Source: a bacterium
Lineage (GTDB): Bacteria > UBA8248
Assembly: GCA_965221165.1 (NCBI GenBank)
Contig: CBDCRP010000002.1
Location: 768,001 to 832,000 of the forward strand
DNA: 64,000 bases
Direction: 5' to 3'
Part shown: positions 58,320-64,000 of the stretch, piece after piece
Layout: every line of letters starts with the position of its first letter
How positions within the stretch are numbered: position 1 is the stretch's first letter
Program-made: the position numbers and the translations under genes
The notes under the pieces: generated by a model
Told to the model about the DNA's origin: nothing
What the model saw: the letters and a program-made list of their open reading frames with translations, nothing else
The model's database searches: none

Positions 58320-59303
58320 TCAACCGATTTCCACCACCACGTTTCCGACGTTCGCGAAATTCTCCATCATCTCGTGAGCGGCGGCGGTATCCTCCAGGGA
58401 AAACCGCGCGCCGATGTGGTGGGTGAGCGCGCCCGCCTCGCACGCGGCGTTGATGTCGCTGCAGGCCTGGGAGAAGGCGGAATCCGGCATGGTGTAGAGG
58501 AACACCATGCGGATGGCCGTGTTCTCGGGCATCATCAGATACCAGGGCAGCACCGGCTCGGGCACGCGCGTGGAGCCGTAGGCCGCGACGGTTCCGTTTC
58601 CCTTGAGCACCTTGCGGGTGACTTCCAGGTTCTCGCCGAAATCCACCTCGCAGATTCTGTCCACGCCCGCGCCACCGGTTATCTCCATGATGCGCTCAGC
58701 TATATCTTCTTCCCTGTAGTTTACGACGTGGTCCGCACCCGCATCGCGCGCGATCTCCGCTTTCTCTTCATTACTGACCGTGGCGATGACGGTCGCGCCT
58801 CCCCATTTGCCGAGTTGAACCCCGTAGCGCCCCACCGCGCCCGCTCCGCCGGTGACGAGCGCGGTCTGCCCCGTAATCGGCCCGTCGATAAAAAGCGCCC
58901 TGTGGGCGGTCATCGCCGGAATCGCCAGGCACGCGCCCTGTGCGAAATCCACCGAATCCACCAGCGGAACCGCCTGACGCTCGGGCAGGGCGATGAACTC
59001 GGCCGCCGTGCCGTAAGGCCTCTCCCACTGGCCGTTGAACAACCAGACGTGCTCGCCCACGCGGGCTGGGTCCACCCCCTCGCCCACGCTTTCTATGACG
59101 CCCGCGCCGTCTGAGTGGGGGATGATTCTCGGCCAGCGCATCTCGCCCCGGGAACCCAGCCGCGCCTTGTAGTCCGAGGGATTCGCGCCCGAGGCGCGAA
59201 GCCTCACCCGCACCTCGCCGGCTCCTGGTTCGGGGGTTTCGATTTCTCCGAATTTCAGCACCTCTTTCGCAGGGCCATACGCTTCATACCAGACGGCTCG
59301 CAT
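58320..59303 (-). CDS. NADPH:quinone oxidoreductase (MDR/zeta-crystallin family)
   Basis: ANPSD, PHSDGAG, TGGAGAVG. Confidence 0.9.
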   Translation of the reverse strand: MRAVWYEAYGPAKEVLKFGEIETPEPGAGEVRVRLRASGANPSDYKARLGSRGEMRWPRIIPHSDGAGVIESVGEGVDPARVGEHVWLFNGQWERPYGTAAEFIALPERQAVPLVDSVDFAQGACLAIPAMTAHRALFIDGPITGQTALVTGGAGAVGRYGVQLGKWGGATVIATVSNEEKAEIARDAGADHVVNYREEDIAERIMEITGGAGVDRICEVDFGENLEVTRKVLKGNGTVAAYGSTRVPEPVLPWYLMMPENTAIRMVFLYTMPDSAFSQACSDINAACEAGALTHHIGARFSLEDTAAAHEMMENFANVGNVVVEIG

Positions 59304-59367
59304 GATCTCTCCTTAATATGGTCCTATCCATCGGGAATGAATTTTCATCTTACGCTTTCATTTTTCC

Positions 59368-59457
59368 GTAGGTCGGACATATATGTCCGCCACCCGTACA
59401 TGCGTCCCGGGTTCAGGGTCCGGCCAACGGGCAGGGACGCATATATGCGCCCCCTAC
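59368..59457. repeat. GTAG REP doublet (variant)
   Basis: gtaggtcggacatatatgtccg ... gggacgcatatatgcgccccctac. Confidence 0.65.
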
Positions 59458-59577
59458 GAAGCCCCTCGCGCATTTCTCCGTGGCGGCGCAGTGTTTTCAT
59501 TTCGCGTGAACCGAACCCTGCCGCTGAACCGGAACGCTCCCATCGTCTCTAAAAACGCCGCCATCATGCAAGAAATC

Positions 59578-60696
59578 TCAAGCTGCGGCCCGTTCGCGCT
59601 CTATCAGTTCCTTGACGCGGGGGATGAGGTCGCGCGCGGCGCGGTGGCATTCCTCCACGTGGGGGTAGCCCGAGAGGATGAATTCATCGATGCCCAACCG
59701 CCAGTAACCCAGAAGCTCTTCCGCAATTTGCCCGGGCGTTCCCACGAGAGCGGAGCCGCAGTTCACTCGCACCTGGGAGATGCCGTTCCAAAGATGAGGC
59801 CCGACCTTGAACGCATCGAACGCGCGCGCCTGGGCGGCGGCGCCCACCATGCTCGTGCCGGCCACCAGCGCGCCGCGCTGCGCCTTCACGGAATCCTCCG
59901 CCCTGCTCAAAAGCTCGTGCGTCTCCTCCCAGGCTTCCGCCTCGGTGTCGCGCATCACCAGGTGGGAGCGCACGCCGAAAACGGGCGTTCGCCCCGCCTC
60001 GGCGAACGAGGCACGCGCGCGCTCCAGATGCTTTCGCGTCTCATCGATCGGCCCTATCCAGCCGAGATAGACGTCCGACTGCGTCCCTGCGAGTTTCAGG
60101 GCGGCTGGGGATGCGCCACCCAGGTAAAACTTGGGCGTATCTCCCGCCGGGCCGGGCGAGCAGTGCACGTCGTTTAACGTGACGAATTTTCCTTCAAAAC
60201 TCACCGGCTCAGGCCGCTCCCAGAGCTTGCGGATAGCGGCAATAAACTCCTCCGCCCGCTCGTAGCGCGTGTCGTGGTCGATTCTCTCGCCCATTTTTTC
60301 GAACTCGCCCTTGATGCCGCCGGGCACGACGTTCAAATCCACGCGCCCGCCCGTAATCTGGCTGAGCGTGGCCGCCATCTGCGCGAAAAGGCCGGGGTTC
60401 ACGAAGCCGGGGCGAACGGCGATGAGGAAGCGGATTTTTCGGCTTCGCGCCGCCAGGGCCGTCACCATCGTCCAGGTCTCCGCCAGCGGCGCTCCCTGGT
60501 CGAAAAGCCCGTTGGCGAAGCGCGTGGGAATGAGCATGGAGTAGAAATCGTTATCCTCCGCCGCCTCGACCACCCGGCTCAGGTATTCATACGTGGGCGG
60601 ACGCTCGGCCCGCAGCGTGCCGATGTGCGCGCCGTCGCCGTCGATCGGGATGAACCAGTCGAAACGGGGCGCGGGGCGTTCGTGATTTGGCGTCAT
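59578..60696 (-). CDS. LLM flavin-dependent monooxygenase (SsuD-like)
   Basis: WFIPIDGD, FLIAVRPG, LNVV, YLGGAS, FILSGYPH. Confidence 0.88.
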   Translation of the reverse strand: MTPNHERPAPRFDWFIPIDGDGAHIGTLRAERPPTYEYLSRVVEAAEDNDFYSMLIPTRFANGLFDQGAPLAETWTMVTALAARSRKIRFLIAVRPGFVNPGLFAQMAATLSQITGGRVDLNVVPGGIKGEFEKMGERIDHDTRYERAEEFIAAIRKLWERPEPVSFEGKFVTLNDVHCSPGPAGDTPKFYLGGASPAALKLAGTQSDVYLGWIGPIDETRKHLERARASFAEAGRTPVFGVRSHLVMRDTEAEAWEETHELLSRAEDSVKAQRGALVAGTSMVGAAAQARAFDAFKVGPHLWNGISQVRVNCGSALVGTPGQIAEELLGYWRLGIDEFILSGYPHVEECHRAARDLIPRVKELIERERAAA

Positions 60697-60843
60697 GCGG
60701 AAACTCCCATGCGGTTTCAGTATCAAATTTCGGCGATTCTAGTACAGATGCCAGGAAGTGTGAAAGGTGGGGAACATCCGCGCAACCAACCCACTTCGTC
60801 GTCCTGTGACACTTTGACACGGGAACCAGGGTTTCATGATCTC

Positions 60844-60871
60844 GTAGGGGCGGTTCGCGAACCGCCCCTAC
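60844..60871. repeat. GTAG-type REP palindrome
   Basis: Identical to 42514-42541. Confidence 0.85.
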
Positions 60872-61052
60872 GGAATGGATCCTCCTCAGCGCGTCCGGCA
60901 ACCTCCCGGTCGCCACCGGTCTTCGCCGGGATGAGAGGAGAGGAAGGTGGTTTTTATACGTTTTATACGTTTTTGACTTCCCGGTCTAAATACGCTAGTT
61001 TTCATGTAGAGGACCCGTACTCTTATATTCTCACCAGGGACGGGACAAGGCA

Positions 61053-61514
61053 ATGCGAAAAATCATCGGTAATCTAAAAGAACACGCCGGAATATGGACT
61101 TTCGGGTTATTCATCGTCGCGGCGGCGGGCGGAATTTACCAGTTTACGGCAACTCTGGTCAGCGCCCAGATCACGCCCGTAAAGGTTCGCATCGACACGG
61201 AAGTCAAAAGGCTCGATGCGGCGGATAAAAACACGAACGACTCCATCGCCGGTCTCGAGGAGCGGATGAACGAGCGTTTTGATGAATTGAAGAAAGATAT
61301 AAAGCTAAACAGAGAAAAAATAAGTCTTCTCGATGAGAAATTCGATACGAAAATAACCCAGTTGAATGAGAAACTCGACACGAAAATAAGCTTGTTGGAT
61401 CAAAAAATTAACCGTTTAGATGAGAAACTCGACAAGAAAATAAGCCGTTTGGATGAGAAAATGGACAAGAAATTCGACCTCATCCTGCTGAGGCTCCCGC
61501 CACTCAAAAAATAG
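61053..61514 (+). CDS. Membrane-anchored coiled-coil repeat protein
   Basis: N-terminal hydrophobic helix; KIxxLDEKxDx repeats encoded by 33/33/21/33/33-nt units (~61317-61469). Confidence 0.75.
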   Translation: MRKIIGNLKEHAGIWTFGLFIVAAAGGIYQFTATLVSAQITPVKVRIDTEVKRLDAADKNTNDSIAGLEERMNERFDELKKDIKLNREKISLLDEKFDTKITQLNEKLDTKISLLDQKINRLDEKLDKKISRLDEKMDKKFDLILLRLPPLKK

Positions 61515-61662
61515 TTTTCCGGTCCCGGTCGATTGGCGTATGGAGTTCCATCCGCTTTGCTCGAATACCAGCCAGAAATCCCTTACGCAAGGGTTATCGG
61601 CCAGCAACGCCGCTCGCCACTGCCATTCCGCTTTCAATCGAAATAAGCCGGTCGGAAATCCC

Positions 61663-62271
61663 TCACGCGAGAGTTTCGCTCAAGGCCGCCAGTTCATCGA
61701 GCGCCTCTTTGGCGAAGCGGCTCTGGAAGGCGGCTTCCGCCCCCGGCCCCACATAGACGGCGCAGAGCGCGCCCCGCTCGCAAAGCATGATGGTGGTGAG
61801 AGGCCGCAGGACGATGCCGCCCAGGGTTTCGTGCACGTCGGGGCGGTTGATCCAGCCCCTAAAGGAGGCTTCAGAGTCCGCCGCCAGGGTGAGTTCCGAA
61901 TCCCAGAGCGGATCGCCCGATGTGACGCTTTGAAGCTTAGCACCCTCGTCTCGATTCTCCAGAAAGGCGCGCTCGGGGGGCTGTAGGCTCGATTCTTTCT
62001 TGTGGATTCTGAATGAACGAGAAGCCGGGCAGGCGACCCCGATCCGCATGGCGGCGGGGCTTCGGCGATCTTGCGCGCGATACTCGAACCACACGCTCCT
62101 GCCCGAATACCGGCCCCTCAGGCGCCCGCCTTCGAGGCGGCTCCCCGCATCCAGAATTTCGACCAGCGGCTTCATGCGGCGGGTCAGCCAGACGTCGCGA
62201 AAGAAAACGCAGTAGACGACCGCCCCGAGAACCACCGCCAGGGCGAGCAGGCTCACTCCGTCGATTAGCAT
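61663..62271 (-). CDS. Hypothetical protein with N-terminal membrane anchor
   Basis: Hydrophobic N-terminus; start overlaps the VOC gene end; GGAG RBS. Confidence 0.6.
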   Translation of the reverse strand: MLIDGVSLLALAVVLGAVVYCVFFRDVWLTRRMKPLVEILDAGSRLEGGRLRGRYSGRSVWFEYRAQDRRSPAAMRIGVACPASRSFRIHKKESSLQPPERAFLENRDEGAKLQSVTSGDPLWDSELTLAADSEASFRGWINRPDVHETLGGIVLRPLTTIMLCERGALCAVYVGPGAEAAFQSRFAKEALDELAALSETLA

Positions 62272-62768
62272 TCACTCTCCTGCGCATACCGCCAGGCGGG
62301 GCGGCTGCCGGGGAACATGTCCGAATCGTGAAAAACCTCGATGCGGTTGCCGTCCGGGTCCAGGAAATAAATGCCCTCATGCCCCCCCCACAGGCCGTTG
62401 CTCTCATCCAAGCGCAAAGGGCCCCAGACGACCTCGATGTCCGCCCGCGAGCGGATGTAGGCCACCGCGTCGTCGAACGCCGCCTGATCGCCCACCTCGA
62501 ACGCCAGGTGGTGGAGCCCCACGTCGTGGCGCGGCACGGTGTCCTCACCCTCCTCGTCTACCCAGTCCTCGGGCACGCTGAATATCGCCAATTGGTGGTG
62601 ATAGTCGTCCAGATACATGAACGCCGAGCCGAACGGAGCCGCCGGGTGGCTGCCCGCCTCGTGGCGCGAGCGCAACTTGAAGCCCAGGACTTCGGAATAG
62701 AATTTTATCGCGCGATCCAGGTCGCGCACCTTGATGCCCATATGCTGCAAGCGGATGGAGCGAATCAT
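62265..62768 (-). CDS. VOC/glyoxalase family protein
   Basis: HMGIKVRDL, GLHHLAFEV, YFLDPDGNRIE. Confidence 0.88.
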   Translation of the reverse strand: MIRSIRLQHMGIKVRDLDRAIKFYSEVLGFKLRSRHEAGSHPAAPFGSAFMYLDDYHHQLAIFSVPEDWVDEEGEDTVPRHDVGLHHLAFEVGDQAAFDDAVAYIRSRADIEVVWGPLRLDESNGLWGGHEGIYFLDPDGNRIEVFHDSDMFPGSRPAWRYAQESEC

Positions 62769-63039
62769 CGAAGCCTCCTGAGAGTATGAGCACGAACGGG
62801 AGTGACACCGGAGCGTATATATGCGCCCACTGCTGCGATCCTTGGCGTACTGCGGCACAGGATTTCATTCGAGAATACGCGATCTGCGCACCGGAGTCAT
62901 GGCCCTTGGCCACGCCCACATGGCCGATCCCCCCGCCGCCCTTGCCGAGAGCCGCCAAGTGGAGTATTTCATGGGACTAGAACCCATATCGGTCGATTCC
63001 ATTATTTCCGTAGTTTTTCCTCTCATGGAGGTCTTCCCC

Positions 63040-63825
63040 TTGGCCATCATCACGAACGAGACGAAAAGAAAATCCTACGCCGGAGAAGTCACCCTCGGCG
63101 TGGGCGTACGCATGGCGCGAACGGTGGAGGTCGGCCTCGCCATGAAGGCGGCCGGTTTCGACTGGCTCTTCATCGATCTCGAGCACGGCCCCTTCGACCT
63201 CGAAACCGCGCAGCAGATATCCATCGCCGCCCTCACGCAGGGCATCACGCCGCTGGTGCGCGTGGCCTCGCTCGACGGACACCTGAGCACACGCATTCTG
63301 GACAGCGGGGCGCAGGGCATCGTCTTGCCCCACGTGAACAACGCGCAAGAGGCCGAGGAATTCGTGAAAATCTGCAAATTCCCGCCCGAGGGCGGGCGCA
63401 GCGCGGGCGGGGGGCTGGCTCACGGCCGCTTCGAGGCCATCGGCGCAGCCGAGATGCTGAGCGGCATCAACGACGAGACGCTGCTGGTCGCCATGATCGA
63501 GACGCCCGAAGCCGGCGATGAGGCGGACGCCATCGCCGCCGTGGCGGGAATCGACGTGCTACTCATCGGCACGAACGATTTGAGCCTGGGGATGGGAATC
63601 GTCGGCCGGCACGACGATCCCCGGGTCAACAAGGTGTATGAGCAGGTGAACGCCGCCTGTGAGAAACACGGCAAGATAGCCGGCATGGGCGGGTCTTATG
63701 ACCCCAATATGATAGAGCGCAGAATCAAGGAGGGGATGCGCTTCATCCTTGCGGGCAGCGACCTCAACTTCATGAGCGCAGGCGCCAAGGCCCAGGCGAG
63801 CATGATTCGCGAACTCGCGGGCTGA
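63040..63825 (+). CDS. HpcH/HpaI class II aldolase
   Basis: WLFIDLEHG, LVRV, MIET, IGTNDL; start at TTG 63040 behind GGAGG. Confidence 0.88.
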   Translation: MAIITNETKRKSYAGEVTLGVGVRMARTVEVGLAMKAAGFDWLFIDLEHGPFDLETAQQISIAALTQGITPLVRVASLDGHLSTRILDSGAQGIVLPHVNNAQEAEEFVKICKFPPEGGRSAGGGLAHGRFEAIGAAEMLSGINDETLLVAMIETPEAGDEADAIAAVAGIDVLLIGTNDLSLGMGIVGRHDDPRVNKVYEQVNAACEKHGKIAGMGGSYDPNMIERRIKEGMRFILAGSDLNFMSAGAKAQASMIRELAG

Positions 63826-63888
63826 GGTTTTTCACTAAAATTCGGATTCAATTTTCCATCTATGCTTTCGTGTAACAAGGGAGAGAAG

Positions 63889-64000
63889 ATGAAACTGCTT
63901 ACCTATGAATCAGAGGCAGGACCGCGCGTGGCCGTATTGACGGAAAACGGCGTGGAGGACGTCGTCCCCCATACCGGCGACGCGGCGGCCGTCATCGCCC
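63889..64000 (+). CDS. Partial CDS, possibly fumarylacetoacetate hydrolase family N-terminus
   Basis: MKLLTYESEAGPRVAVLTENGVEDV after an RBS; runs off the window end. Confidence 0.5.
   Translation, partial: MKLLTYESEAGPRVAVLTENGVEDVVPHTGDAAAVIA

Noticed and set aside
61317-61469. Periodic repeats as CRISPR or a noncoding array
   Set aside because: Units are multiples of three, degenerate, lack spacers and lie inside a coding frame

Overview
GC-rich bacterial region dominated by solute uptake and small-molecule catabolism. It carries two paralogous Dpp-type ABC cassettes, a Liv-type ABC system with a fused permease, a CUT1 sugar-type ABC system, a TAXI-TRAP system, a DUF1302-DUF1329-YCF48-RND envelope module, and many hydrolases and oxidoreductases. 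Intergenic spaces hold IS5, IS256, IS110, IS21 and IS481 remnants, gene scars and several palindromic repeat families. I found no rRNA, tRNA or CRISPR array. Best leads: (i) an IclR/TRAP operon with a cyclic amidohydrolase, an adenylosuccinate-lyase-like enzyme with Glu at the usual catalytic His, two cytoplasmic CapA-fold paralogs and an atypical SDR; (ii) a single-chain triple-Rid protein with one intact Arg site; (iii) a 429-bp duplication of the RND 3' end enclosing an AbiEi/secreted-protein cargo, bounded by IS-like ends at REP arms; (iv) a hairpin family with a conserved 13-nt loop on different stems; (v) a twice-occurring ~150-bp noncoding element. All family assignments come from motif recognition by eye, not database searches.
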